Counted from the first letter of the stretch, positions 33,990 to 43,797 are shown. The stretch: DNA of 64,000 nt from an uncultured Methanosarcinales archaeon (GCA_964637115.1 CAZWVL010000003.1:77758-141757), one strand, 5' to 3'. Program-made: numbers and translations. Notes: a model not told the origin generated them from the sequence alone.

Positions 33990-34622
33990 CTATTTGCGGA
34001 TTACAATATCCTTCTGGTCAAATCGCACCTTTAAATTCTGCGCTGCTTTGTCATCAGCTGCACGGTATCCTATGGTGCACAGCACTGTCGAAGCTAGATT
34101 ATGCTTCTTCAGCTCGAGCACTTCGTCAAACTTGGCAGGGTCGAAGCCCTCCATAGGGCACGCGTCAATGCGTTTCTGAGCGGCAGTAAACAGTAAAAAG
34201 CCAAGCGCGATATACGATTGATGCTTGCTCCACTCAAGAATTGCATCCTTTGAACGGCTCTTCACATCACCAGTCATCATGTCCTGGTAGCCCTTCAATG
34301 CCTCAACGGTTGTCTTGCGCTGCTTTGCAATCTCATCAACATAATGCTGAACGTAATTCTCATCGACATCAGTTCTCGTGGCAAGCACAATCAGATGTGA
34401 GGCGTCTGTTATTTGAGGCTGATTCCATGCATGCTCGCGAAGCTTTTTGCGAAGCACAGGATCTGTTACGACTACAAACTTCCACGGCTGCAAGCCATAC
34501 GAAGAGGGTGCCAAACGACCGGCTTCAAGTATTTCGTTCAAGTCTTCTTCTGACACTTTCTTTTCCGTGTCAAACTTCTTTGTGGCGTACCGCCAGTTTA
34601 GTGCTCTTATGATGTCTGTCAT
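33990..34622 (-). CDS. Nitroreductase-family NAD(P)H:FMN oxidoreductase
   Basis: LNWRYATKKFD, APSSYGLQPWKF and the ~210-aa length are typical of NfsB-like nitroreductases. Confidence 0.8.
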   Translation of the reverse strand: MTDIIRALNWRYATKKFDTEKKVSEEDLNEILEAGRLAPSSYGLQPWKFVVVTDPVLRKKLREHAWNQPQITDASHLIVLATRTDVDENYVQHYVDEIAKQRKTTVEALKGYQDMMTGDVKSRSKDAILEWSKHQSYIALGFLLFTAAQKRIDACPMEGFDPAKFDEVLELKKHNLASTVLCTIGYRAADDKAAQNLKVRFDQKDIVIRK

Positions 34623-34671
34623 ACCATGATGGCTGCAACATTTAAATATAAACTTAACGAATCATACGTCC

Positions 34672-35046
34672 ATGCACGTAGAAGGCATAAAACGAATGGT
34701 GGACCGGCAATTAGAGCACGGCAAGAAAGAGGAAGAATTGAAGAAAAAAGAGATTGACTCTTTGTTCAAGGAACGATCGCGTGTTCATGTAATTGTCAGA
34801 GGCAGAGTGCACGGCGTATTCTATCGGGACTATGTAAAAAAAGAAGCAGACAAAATGGGCATAACCGGATGGGTCAGAAATATTGATGATGGTGGAGTTG
34901 AGATTGTCGCAGAAGGAGACAAAACCTGTTTGCGGCAGTTTATTGTTCTCTGCGAAAAAGGAAGTCCTCTTGCAACTGTAACGAAACTCGATTACGAATG
35001 GGAAGAATATTCAGGAAAGTTTAATGATTTTTATATCAAGTATTAA
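34672..35046 (+). CDS. acyP: Acylphosphatase
   Basis: VIVRGRVHGVFYRDYVKKEADKMGITGWVRNIDDGGVEIVAEG matches the acylphosphatase signatures (V.G.VQGV.FR ; G.V.N). It has a ~35-aa N-terminal extension. Confidence 0.85.
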   Translation: MHVEGIKRMVDRQLEHGKKEEELKKKEIDSLFKERSRVHVIVRGRVHGVFYRDYVKKEADKMGITGWVRNIDDGGVEIVAEGDKTCLRQFIVLCEKGSPLATVTKLDYEWEEYSGKFNDFYIKY

Positions 35047-35049
35047 TCA

Positions 35050-35196
35050 TCACTTTTCAAAAGAACCGAAATGTTTCCCATCTGTGCATTCACACACTTC
35101 CAGCGGCTGGTTATGCTTCAGGCACGTCATAGCCTGGCATGCGCCGGCTTTTTGCGAGACACCCTTACAACCGCCTGTGCAAATAAAGTGTTTCAT
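35050..35196 (-). CDS. Small Cys-rich protein (48 aa), not in the ORF track
   Basis: MKHFICTGGCKGVSQKAGACQAMTCLKHNQPLEVCECTDGKHFGSFEK has 7 Cys. The ATG lies 2 nt after the E2 stop codon on the same strand. Confidence 0.5.
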   Translation of the reverse strand: MKHFICTGGCKGVSQKAGACQAMTCLKHNQPLEVCECTDGKHFGSFEK

Positions 35197-35198
35197 GG

Positions 35199-36461
35199 CT
35201 AATATCCCATCAACAGTGCATCCGGGTCTTCCAAATGGCGCTTGATTTCATTCACGAACTTTGCAGCAAGTGCGCCGTCAATTATCCTGTGGTCAAAAGA
35301 CAAGGACATCGGAAGCATTTTTCTTATTTCTATCTTGCCATCAACAACAACCGGCTTCTCGGATATCCTGCCCAAAGCAAGAATAGCGCACTCTGGATAA
35401 TTGATGACTGGAGTAGCAAATTCGCCTCCAAGACTGCCGATGTTAGTAATGGTAAAAGTGCCACCCTGCAAGTCCTTCAACTGGATTTCCCTTGTTCTGG
35501 CAAGCTCTGCCATGCGCCAAATATCACGGGCGATTTCGAGAATGGTTTTCTCGTTCGCATTATGGATAACCGGCACCATCAAGCCAGCCTGCGTATCAAC
35601 AGCAATGCCAATATGATAAAATTGCTTGATAACAATCTCCTGCTTTTCATCGTCCAAACTTGAGTTCACATATGGGAATTCTTTAAGAGCAAGCGTGCAC
35701 GCTTTGACTATAAACGGCATGAATGTCAGGTGGACGCCTTTCTTTTCAGCTTCTTCCTTTTCCTTCTCCCTGTAAGCTGCAAGCTTGGTAACGTCAGCGT
35801 AGTCCATATGAGTAACGTGTGCGGCCTTGCTCAGACTTTCACGCATATTCTCTGCAATTGTTCGGCGAATGCCTTTTAATGGAATGCGCAGGACTCTTCC
35901 GAATTTTTCAAACGTAACTGTAGGGCCAGGAGCGGCTTTAACTGCCTGGCCTGCACCTCGCCTAATATCATCCTCGGTAATTCTTCCGCCAGGGCCAGTT
36001 CCTTGCACTTTTGAAATATCAACGTTCATTTCCTGAGCAAGCTTTCTGATAGCTGGCAGGACTGCAACAGAAGGTTCAGCAGCTTTCTTCGGCGTAATTG
36101 GAGTAACTTTTTTCTCTTCCTCTTCAGGCGCTTCTTCCAATTGACCGATAACTGTCGTAGAGACTTTTTTTGCAGGCGCAACAGGTTTTGCAGGTGCTGC
36201 TGCAACTTTTGCTATTTTCTCCCCTACTTCTCCAATCGTGCAAAGCACATCTCCAACATGAATCTTCTCTCCTGGACTGCCATTTATTTTTAGAATCGTT
36301 CCAGTTTTTGGACTCGGTACTTGAACAACGGCCTTGTCAGTCTCCAATTCAACAATCGGCTGATGCTCCTCAACTTTATCGCCTTCCTTAACAAGCCATT
36401 TGATTAATTCTCCCTCAGCAATACCCTCTCCCAAGTCCGGCAGCCTGAAATCGTATGCCAC
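35199..36461 (-). CDS. 2-oxoacid dehydrogenase E2 (dihydrolipoamide acyltransferase)
   Basis: Lipoyl domain with ETDKAVV, an A/P-rich linker, a subunit-binding domain, and a catalytic domain with SFDHRIIDGA. Confidence 0.9.
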   Translation of the reverse strand: MAYDFRLPDLGEGIAEGELIKWLVKEGDKVEEHQPIVELETDKAVVQVPSPKTGTILKINGSPGEKIHVGDVLCTIGEVGEKIAKVAAAPAKPVAPAKKVSTTVIGQLEEAPEEEEKKVTPITPKKAAEPSVAVLPAIRKLAQEMNVDISKVQGTGPGGRITEDDIRRGAGQAVKAAPGPTVTFEKFGRVLRIPLKGIRRTIAENMRESLSKAAHVTHMDYADVTKLAAYREKEKEEAEKKGVHLTFMPFIVKACTLALKEFPYVNSSLDDEKQEIVIKQFYHIGIAVDTQAGLMVPVIHNANEKTILEIARDIWRMAELARTREIQLKDLQGGTFTITNIGSLGGEFATPVINYPECAILALGRISEKPVVVDGKIEIRKMLPMSLSFDHRIIDGALAAKFVNEIKRHLEDPDALLMGY

Positions 36462-37438
36462 TAGAACTTCATCACCTTTTCAATAGCTTTTCCAATCTTT
36501 TCAGGATTAGGCAAGTAGGCGTCTTCCAACTTAAAGTATGGGAATGGAGTATCGTAGCCCGTTACTCTTAAGACTGGGGCTTTCAAAAATAATAACAATT
36601 TTTCCTGAATTCTGGCAGCAATCTCTGCGCCGAAACCAAGAGTGTGCGGAGCTTCGTGCACGACAATAGCTCTTCCAGTCTTTTGCACGCTTGCAAGAAT
36701 TGTGTCCCAATCACAAGGATTCAAAGTTCTAACGTCAATCACTTCTGCACGAATGCCATTAGCAGCAGAAGCATCAGCAGCTTTAGTTGTTTCTCTAACC
36801 ATAGCGCCCCAGCTGATAAGTGTTAAGTCTGCGCCCTCTCGTAGAATGTTTGCCTTGCCAATTTCAACAGTGTACGCTCCCTCAGGCACTTCATCCCTGA
36901 TAGCACGGTAAATTCTCTTTGGCTCCATAAAAATAACAGGGTCTGGATCGCGAATAGCTGCAATAAGCAAACCTTTTGTGTCATACGGATTGCTGGGAAT
37001 CACAACTTTCAAGCCAGGAGTGTGAACAAAATAACTCTCAGGACTCTCATTATGGTGCTCCAATGCGCGAATTCCGCCACCATAAGGGAAACGCAGCACA
37101 AGAGGACAAGTTATTTTTCCTCTTGTCCTATTTCTTATCCTTGCAGCATGCGAGAACAACTGGTCGTATGCAGGATAAGTAAAACCGTCAAACTGAATCT
37201 CGCACACAGGCTTCAAACCCATCACTGCCATACCAATGCTTGTTCCAACAATGCCGGATTCCGCTAAAGGAGTATCGATAACACGATGGTTGCCATACTT
37301 CTTGTACAAACCATCAGTTGCGCGGAAAACACCGCCGTCAACACCAACATCCTCTCCTAGAACAATGACTTTTTCATCTCGGCCCATCTCAACGTCCAAA
37401 GCATCCCGCACAGCTTCAACGATAGTTAATTTTGCCAT
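36461..37438 (-). CDS. 2-oxoacid dehydrogenase E1 beta subunit
   Basis: The N-terminus LTIVEAVRDALDVEMGRDEKVIVLGEDVG..GGVFRAT and the 325-aa length are typical of E1 beta. Confidence 0.9.
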   Translation of the reverse strand: MAKLTIVEAVRDALDVEMGRDEKVIVLGEDVGVDGGVFRATDGLYKKYGNHRVIDTPLAESGIVGTSIGMAVMGLKPVCEIQFDGFTYPAYDQLFSHAARIRNRTRGKITCPLVLRFPYGGGIRALEHHNESPESYFVHTPGLKVVIPSNPYDTKGLLIAAIRDPDPVIFMEPKRIYRAIRDEVPEGAYTVEIGKANILREGADLTLISWGAMVRETTKAADASAANGIRAEVIDVRTLNPCDWDTILASVQKTGRAIVVHEAPHTLGFGAEIAARIQEKLLLFLKAPVLRVTGYDTPFPYFKLEDAYLPNPEKIGKAIEKVMKF

Positions 37439-38505
37439 TCATCCCTCTGCTCTTTAAGATTTGGCGTCAATTTGGAATAAACGGAATCAAACATGTCTGT
37501 AGGAATGGGCTTGTGTTTCTCAGCTTCAACAACGCCTTGATCAACGATCCTCTTGCATTCTGCCTGTACTGCTGCCTCAAATTTTTCGTCCCACAATTTC
37601 TTCTTTTTCAAGTAAATTTGGAAGCGTTTCAGTGGTTCTTTTTCCAACCACGCCTTCAGCACTTTTGGATCCTGATATCTTGTAGGATCATCTGCAGTCG
37701 TATGAGGAGTAATACGATATGAAACACACTCTATAAGAGTCGGCCCTTTGTCAGCACGCGCCTTGTCCATTGCCTGCTTTACAACAGAATAGACTGCGAG
37801 AATGTCATTGCCGTCAACCTGAATTCCATCAAAACCGTAACCGATTGCTTTTTGTGCCAAAGTCTCAGCCCTTGTCTGGCAGCCGCCCCAAGTTTTATCA
37901 TAACAAGTGCGAGGCACGCTGATAGCCCAGTGATTATTTCTTATAACGATAACAGAAGGTGTAACGAAAGCGCCGGCAAAATTCAAACCTTCATTAAAAT
38001 CGCCAGTGCTTGTGGAAGCATCGCCAACAAAAGTCAATGTTGCAGATTTCTGCTTCTTAATTTTCATTCCAAGAGCAGCACCAACACCGTGCAAAGTCTG
38101 CGTGCCAACAGGAATGCAGACAGGCATAATATTCGATTTTTCGGGCAAGGCCATCCCATCCTCAGAGCCTCCCCAGTGCATAAGAAGATTTTTGACAGGA
38201 ACTCCTCTCATCAAAAATGCTATATGCTCCCTGTAATCAGGAAAAATCCAGTCCTCGCCCTTGCAGGCGAAAACAGAGCCAACATGAACAGCCTCTTCAC
38301 CCAGACTCTGAGCATAAGTGCCAATCCTGCCTTCTCTCTGCAAAGCCAAGGCAGTGTTGTCAAATGTTCTTTCAAGAACCAACCACTTGTACAAATCCCT
38401 CAATTCCTGCGGAGAAAGCTTTGGCTCCAACTTCTTGTCAACATTACCCTTTTCGTCAACAATCTGGACGTACTTGACCGTAAACTTGCCTACAATCTTC
38501 TGCAT
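37426..38505 (-). CDS. 2-oxoacid dehydrogenase E1 alpha subunit (TPP-binding)
   Basis: TPP motif GDASTSTGDFNEGLNFAG. It overlaps the E1 beta start by 13 nt. Confidence 0.9.
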   Translation of the reverse strand: MQKIVGKFTVKYVQIVDEKGNVDKKLEPKLSPQELRDLYKWLVLERTFDNTALALQREGRIGTYAQSLGEEAVHVGSVFACKGEDWIFPDYREHIAFLMRGVPVKNLLMHWGGSEDGMALPEKSNIMPVCIPVGTQTLHGVGAALGMKIKKQKSATLTFVGDASTSTGDFNEGLNFAGAFVTPSVIVIRNNHWAISVPRTCYDKTWGGCQTRAETLAQKAIGYGFDGIQVDGNDILAVYSVVKQAMDKARADKGPTLIECVSYRITPHTTADDPTRYQDPKVLKAWLEKEPLKRFQIYLKKKKLWDEKFEAAVQAECKRIVDQGVVEAEKHKPIPTDMFDSVYSKLTPNLKEQRDEWQN

Positions 38506-38544
38506 ACAACCTCTTTTTAACAGACAAAATAGAAATTACTGCGT

Positions 38545-39420
38545 TTATAAGGCTTTCGTTGAAGAGAAATCGTAAATGGTCCTTCCTTTAAGGCTATCAG
38601 GAGCGTGCTTTAATCGGTCAGGATATTTGCCCCAGGTAAATGCGCACAGTTCGCCTTTCCGTTCTTTGCCTGTGCCTTTCAGGTGCTCTGCATTCCTGTA
38701 GTTTTCAGCCATTTCCTTGATTTTAACCCACTCTTGCTCTGTAAACGGCTTCTCGTAATAAGCACACTTGTCCATAAATGATTGCTTTACTGCATCACAA
38801 ACATCTTTGGGCGATTTGTCTGTTAATTTACGCAAGAATGTGAAATGCTTTTGCAGCTCTTTCTTTGGCAGGCCATAAATATTCTTCAAAATCTTAAAAT
38901 TAGGATCGTAGAAAATACTTCCGTGAATGAGGTATGGTGTTCCAGGTTTGGCCTGCGCCTGCACCGCAGTGCCTGCAATCTTGCGGTACTGCCCTCCTCT
39001 GCTCGGCACAAATATTGAAGTGCCCAGATTGGAAAGTGTTTTAATTCCAAGAGAATCTATGCCATCCATAACCCAGCTCTTTGCCAACAGAGTTGCACGC
39101 ATGATATCAATTTTTGAATCTTCGTCAATGCACGAGAATGCAAACGTTACATCTTGCTGATCGTGCGGTAAAATCTCGCCGCCTGTTGGACGGCGAAAAA
39201 CTGGCGTTCCATTCCTGCAGGAATCCGGAAGAGTCGCATAATTAATGCCTTTTCCTATTGTTACAGTAAAAGGTTCAAAATGAGAAAGCATCAAAGTTGG
39301 GTCACGAAGTGTTGTAAGAAACTCGTGTGCAGCCATAGTGGTAGCGCCGTCTAATCTGAGAACTTCAGGAATTACCCGAATGTACAACTGGTTTGCCATC
39401 ATTTCCAGGGTGCTTACCAT
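38545..39420 (-). CDS. Lipoate-protein ligase / octanoyltransferase family protein (LplA/LipB/LipM-like)
   Basis: RRPTGGEILPHD (compare RRxSGGGAVxHD) and YRKIAGTAVQ (catalytic Lys motif KIxGxA). It lies between lipA and E1 alpha. Confidence 0.65.
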   Translation of the reverse strand: MVSTLEMMANQLYIRVIPEVLRLDGATTMAAHEFLTTLRDPTLMLSHFEPFTVTIGKGINYATLPDSCRNGTPVFRRPTGGEILPHDQQDVTFAFSCIDEDSKIDIMRATLLAKSWVMDGIDSLGIKTLSNLGTSIFVPSRGGQYRKIAGTAVQAQAKPGTPYLIHGSIFYDPNFKILKNIYGLPKKELQKHFTFLRKLTDKSPKDVCDAVKQSFMDKCAYYEKPFTEQEWVKIKEMAENYRNAEHLKGTGKERKGELCAFTWGKYPDRLKHAPDSLKGRTIYDFSSTKAL

Positions 39421-40318
39421 GCAATGCGTGTTTTATGAACAACTCTCCTGCGCGATAGGAACTTCGTACAAAAGGTCCTGCCGCAACAAAGAGGAACCCC
39501 TTGCTCTCTGCAATACCCTTTAGCCTATTAAATTTATCGGGGTGAACGTATTCTGCAACAGTCAGATGCCAGGAGCTGGGTCGCAAATATTGCCCCATTG
39601 TCAGAATCTGAACACCGGCAGAGCGCAACTCGTCCATTGCGGAAATAACCTGCTCTTCCGTCTCTCCAATGCCAAGCATGATTGAAGACTTTGTGATAAT
39701 ATTTGGATTGAGTTCTTTTACGTGCTTTAAAACGAATAAACTCTGGTCCATATTCGCCCGCGGGTCTCGAACTTTTCTCTGCAAATCTCTGACAGTCTCT
39801 ATATTGTGAGCATAAACATCAGGACCGGCCTCTACAACAGTCTTAATTGCGTCTTTGTTGCCTTTGAAGTCAGGTGTGAGTACTTCAACCAGTGCATTTG
39901 GGTGACGCTTCTTAATTTCTTTGATGCACAAAGCAAAATGTGCAGCACCACCGTCAGGTAAATCATCTCTCGTGACAGATGTAAGCACTGTATAATCAAG
40001 CCCCATTTCTGCAATCGCTTCTGCAAGTTTAACCGGCTCTTTAGCATCCAATGGCTTGGCAGGATACGCAGTCTTAATATGACAGAACTTGCACGCCCTT
40101 GTGCAGACATCGCCCATTAATAAAAAAGTGGCCGTGCCTTCATTTGCCCAGCACTCAGGAATGTTTGGACAATGGCTTTCTTCGCAGACGGTATAAAGGT
40201 TTCTTTTTCTTAAGGCATTCTTGATTTTGTCAAACTTTTCACCAGAATATAATTTGATTTTCAGCCATTCGGGCTTTCGTTCAAGAAAATACACTCTCGT
40301 AGCTTCCGGATGTCTCAT
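39365..40318 (-). CDS. lipA: Lipoyl synthase
   Basis: The auxiliary cluster motif CEESHCPNIPEC (Cx4Cx5C) and the radical SAM motif CTRACKFC (Cx3Cx2C). Confidence 0.92.
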   Translation of the reverse strand: MRHPEATRVYFLERKPEWLKIKLYSGEKFDKIKNALRKRNLYTVCEESHCPNIPECWANEGTATFLLMGDVCTRACKFCHIKTAYPAKPLDAKEPVKLAEAIAEMGLDYTVLTSVTRDDLPDGGAAHFALCIKEIKKRHPNALVEVLTPDFKGNKDAIKTVVEAGPDVYAHNIETVRDLQRKVRDPRANMDQSLFVLKHVKELNPNIITKSSIMLGIGETEEQVISAMDELRSAGVQILTMGQYLRPSSWHLTVAEYVHPDKFNRLKGIAESKGFLFVAAGPFVRSSYRAGELFIKHALHGKHPGNDGKPVVHSGNS

Positions 40319-40851
40319 GCTATTGGCAGTGCTCCCAACGCCGCGCCTATAAGGTATCCAGCGATTGCGGCAGCCATTCCGACAACAGCCATTTCAATCG
40401 CAGACTTGAACGGATTAGTGCCGGTATATTTTGCTTTTATCGCTCCGCTGGCGAACAAAACCAATGTTGAGAATCCCAAAGCAGTCCAAAATGCCTGCTG
40501 GACTGGAATGAATATAAAAGGAATCAAAGGAATTAATGAGCCAACAATTGCAGCAATTCCGACAACAAAAGCATCCCTGATTGGATGAGCAAATTCTTCA
40601 GAAATATGATTTCTTCTCTTACGATAATATTCCTTTCCAGCTTTCCCGCTGGTGTATGCAACAGCTGCCATTGAAATCGACTCTGCAAAAGTTGCTGCCA
40701 AGCCGGAAATGAGAATGATGTATTTGCTCTGTGTCGCAGTTGCAATGGCAAGAACAATGCCCAAGACATTAACTAACCCATCCTGGCCGCCCAGAATCAA
40801 ATCACGAATAATGGCAGAGCCTGAACTATGATTCACCGCTTTTTTTGGCAT
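40315..40851 (-). CDS. VIT1/CCC1-family (DUF125) Fe/Mn transporter membrane domain
   Basis: IRDLILGGQDGLVNVLGIVLAIA plus 5 TM helices. There is a 4-nt overlap with the lipA start. Confidence 0.65.
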   Translation of the reverse strand: MPKKAVNHSSGSAIIRDLILGGQDGLVNVLGIVLAIATATQSKYIILISGLAATFAESISMAAVAYTSGKAGKEYYRKRRNHISEEFAHPIRDAFVVGIAAIVGSLIPLIPFIFIPVQQAFWTALGFSTLVLFASGAIKAKYTGTNPFKSAIEMAVVGMAAAIAGYLIGAALGALPIA

Positions 40852-40930
40852 GATTTATGCTATAGGGGTTTGTTTAAAAACATTATATTGTAATTGTGCA
40901 GTAGTAAATTTAGAAAAGCTTAAATAAGAA

Positions 40931-41509
40931 ATGCATGTAGATTGCAATATGAGTGAAGACTTTGCAGCGATACCAACACTAATGAGGCCGCCCTCAGTTG
41001 AACAGGTTTTGGAACTTGATTCAATTGTTAATCCTGAAACAGGAAAACCATGGCTAACAAAATCAGGAGCTGAACTTAAAGTTCTAGCAGCACTGCCTTA
41101 CTTGTGGATGCAGAGATTTACAACTTATGATCCTAATGAACTCAGATCAATGCCGGAAAAATTTGATATAAGAGGCTTCCGTGTGTATGAAGTCGACAGG
41201 ATTCCAAAAGGAAAGATTGGAGGAACAGAATTCCACAGAATAAGGCAAGAAATCATCTTTTGCACAGAAGGAACAGTAGACTGGGAATGCGAAGACATCT
41301 ACGGAAAAACAAGAACTTTTAGACTCGGCAAAGACAAGAGTATCTACATGCCACCATTCATCAAGCATAGTTATCGAACACCAGAAGATGGGCCGGAGAG
41401 TTCAGGACTTAGCATCATCTGCAATACGCTCTTCGATCCAAAAGACAAACGCACGCACGACTCATTTTCACAAGAAGTATTCGAAGAATTGCAGAAGTAT
41501 TTCAGGTGA
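40931..41509 (+). CDS. Cupin-fold protein, WxcM/FdtA-like
   Basis: GTEFHRIRQEIIFCTEGTVDWE...LGKDKSIYMPPFIKHSY...SIICNTLFDPKD follows the WxcM-like beta-barrel pattern. The start is uncertain (40931 or 40949). Confidence 0.45.
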   Translation: MHVDCNMSEDFAAIPTLMRPPSVEQVLELDSIVNPETGKPWLTKSGAELKVLAALPYLWMQRFTTYDPNELRSMPEKFDIRGFRVYEVDRIPKGKIGGTEFHRIRQEIIFCTEGTVDWECEDIYGKTRTFRLGKDKSIYMPPFIKHSYRTPEDGPESSGLSIICNTLFDPKDKRTHDSFSQEVFEELQKYFR

Positions 41510-41533
41510 GAGTTGGTTTAAAAAGATTTAGGC

Positions 41534-42013
41534 TTAGTTTTTATGCAAAGTGTGAATTCCTTTCGGACCGTTGCCTTTAATGATGACATATTTGGGCGGC
41601 CATGCTGGTTCCAAAAGAATGCGAATCCAGGTTGGCGTGAATCTGAAGAATTTAATTTGAGAATCAGTATAGTATCCAGAACCTTCTCCGTGCTTTGCTA
41701 TAAGGCGTTTTTTTGCTGCCTCGGCTTCTACGCCTGACAGTTCTGCCACTGTTCCGTCCATTTGAATGGTATGGGGATCCTGCGTAATCACAATACTCGC
41801 CTGCGGATTTGACTTCAAATTTGCATACTTTCTGTAAGTGGGAAATGTTTCAAAATATAGATTGCTTTCAGCATCTGATACATATTCAATGGTTGCCGCT
41901 TCCGGCTTTCCAGTTAAAGATGCTGTTGCAAGTACGCAGAGATTGTTCTCAGCAAGCAATTTTTTGAATACTTCTTCAGCTTTTGTGCCCATACTTCCTC
42001 CCCATATCTGCAA
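41534..42013 (-). CDS. Pyridoxamine 5'-phosphate oxidase-family (FMN-binding split barrel) protein
   Basis: LCVLATASLTGKPEAATIEYVSDAESNLYFETF is typical of PNPOx-like proteins. The start is probably the inner Met (41992). Confidence 0.6.
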   Translation of the reverse strand: MQIWGGSMGTKAEEVFKKLLAENNLCVLATASLTGKPEAATIEYVSDAESNLYFETFPTYRKYANLKSNPQASIVITQDPHTIQMDGTVAELSGVEAEAAKKRLIAKHGEGSGYYTDSQIKFFRFTPTWIRILLEPAWPPKYVIIKGNGPKGIHTLHKN

Positions 42014-42929
42014 TTTCCATCATCATTCTGCTCCTCATTTCAGGTTCGCCAGCTGCATGACCTGATAAAACGAAGAACAATTTTGATTTTGGCAATGCTT
42101 TGTGCAGGATATAAGCGCTCTCAGGCGGACAGCAAAAATCATATCTGCCGTGAACAATCGAAAGAGGAATATTTTTTATCTTATGCACATTTTTGAGAAT
42201 ATAGTTTTTTGGCAAAAAGCAATCGTTCATAAAGTATTCCGCCTCGAGCTTTGAGATTGCAATAACCCATTTGCCGCGCATATCCCTGTGAACCAGCCTA
42301 GGATCATAGTCAAGTTTTACAATACTGCTCTCAAGCAACGCCCATTCATAGCAATATTTATGCATAGTCTTCGAATTTTTAGAATTCATCATCTTCCAAT
42401 AATACCTGCCCGGCTTTTTCCTGTATTTCTTTGGTACAAAACTGATAAAGCGCTCCCAAACTTCAGGAAAATGAGAACGAATACCTCCAGTAACCATATA
42501 TTCGTTGTCAATGTTTGAACCAAGATAAATTCCTCTCAGCACCATGCCGAGCACAGACTGCGGGTATTTTATGGAATAGCATAAAGACAAGCAACTGCCC
42601 CAGCTTCCTCCAAACAGAAATGTTTTCTTGATTTTCAAAAATCTCAAGAGTTTGCGAAAATCCTGCACCAATTTCTGTGTTGTGTTAGCGCGCAAGCCAG
42701 CAAAAGGCCGGCTTTTTCCAGCGCCACGCTGGTCAACAGTAATGATATTAAATTTTCTTGAATCAAAATACCTGTGCGAATTCACACTGCAGCCACCACC
42801 AGGACCTCCGTGGACAAACAAAACAGGAATGCCATTTGGATTGCCATATAACGCGTAGAATAATTCGTGGCCGTCGCCAACAGGAAGGTAACCTTTCTTG
42901 TACGGTTTTCTAGCAGGATACAATTTCAT
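41976..42929 (-). CDS. pip: Proline iminopeptidase (alpha/beta hydrolase)
   Basis: MKLYPARKPYKKGYLPVGDGHELFYALYGNPNGIPVLFVHGGPGGG and the nucleophile elbow GGSWGS. The start is set at Met77 of the 393-aa track ORF. Confidence 0.85.
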   Translation of the reverse strand: MKLYPARKPYKKGYLPVGDGHELFYALYGNPNGIPVLFVHGGPGGGCSVNSHRYFDSRKFNIITVDQRGAGKSRPFAGLRANTTQKLVQDFRKLLRFLKIKKTFLFGGSWGSCLSLCYSIKYPQSVLGMVLRGIYLGSNIDNEYMVTGGIRSHFPEVWERFISFVPKKYRKKPGRYYWKMMNSKNSKTMHKYCYEWALLESSIVKLDYDPRLVHRDMRGKWVIAISKLEAEYFMNDCFLPKNYILKNVHKIKNIPLSIVHGRYDFCCPPESAYILHKALPKSKLFFVLSGHAAGEPEMRSRMMMEIADMGRKYGHKS

Positions 42930-43014
42930 GACTGGAATGTGATAGCTTACCCTTATTAATATTATGTCATAACCCTTATAAATCGTATAATCAGAATGGT
43001 TGGGAGTGAGTGAC

Positions 43015-43797
43015 ATGGGCAAAGAACAGGGTTGTGAAAATCCGGATGGTGAAGATCTGGAGATAAGCAGGACGATTCCAGTTATTCCTGAAGACTTCTG
43101 CGACATTGTGCACGGCGACAATCCTGCTGACAGCGGAGTATCTCTTCCTTCGCGCACGATTGAAGAAAAGGCAGATCAGGTATGGCCGCCTGTTGTCTAT
43201 GCTCCATTAGGAGATCCGGCATTCTGGCTTGAATTCCACATTGGACATGTTGCTTATGCGCTTCGTCAGGCTGAAAAAATACAGGCAGACGCCCTACTTG
43301 CAGAAGCGCGCAATGAAATTCTCGAAGCAAGCGTTGAACGTGAATGGTGGGAAAAAGTCAGGCTTGGCAACCAGTTAGAAAAACAAGAAGACGCCCATAA
43401 AGAAGAAATGAGAAAAGAACTCAGCAATCGCGCCAATGTTATTGCAAAATATATTCATCTTATTTATTTACGTCATCTTATGGCAGACCGGTATGAGACA
43501 AAGATAGAAGAAAAAGAAACACTTATTAGAATGTACGAAGAAAGATTTGGTTCAGTGGAAGAACTGCTAAAACTTTCGCAGGCAGAAGAAAACAGCAAAC
43601 TTGCCGGACCGCTTGGGCCAAGAAAATACGTTAACATTTCAACATTAATCAAACAGCACGAAACAGGAAGAAAACCTCTGATGCATCGCGTGTCTGATGT
43701 TCTTGAAAAAATGCTAAGTCCAACAACATATGGAAATATTGCAAGCGCAGTTTATGCTGCATTTAGAGGCAAGGAGCCTGATAACAGCTGCGGTTGA
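43015..43797 (+). CDS. Hypothetical coiled-coil protein
   Basis: ORF only. The ATG at 43015 is preferred over the TTG at 43000. Confidence 0.45.
   Translation: MGKEQGCENPDGEDLEISRTIPVIPEDFCDIVHGDNPADSGVSLPSRTIEEKADQVWPPVVYAPLGDPAFWLEFHIGHVAYALRQAEKIQADALLAEARNEILEASVEREWWEKVRLGNQLEKQEDAHKEEMRKELSNRANVIAKYIHLIYLRHLMADRYETKIEEKETLIRMYEERFGSVEELLKLSQAEENSKLAGPLGPRKYVNISTLIKQHETGRKPLMHRVSDVLEKMLSPTTYGNIASAVYAAFRGKEPDNSCG

Noticed and set aside
42930-43157. A 76-codon N-terminal extension of the proline iminopeptidase ORF (track ORF 41976..43157, 393 aa).
   Set aside because: The extension has no similarity to the family and overlaps the divergent promoter region. The canonical N-terminus MKLYPARKPYKKGYL starts at the ATG at 42929.
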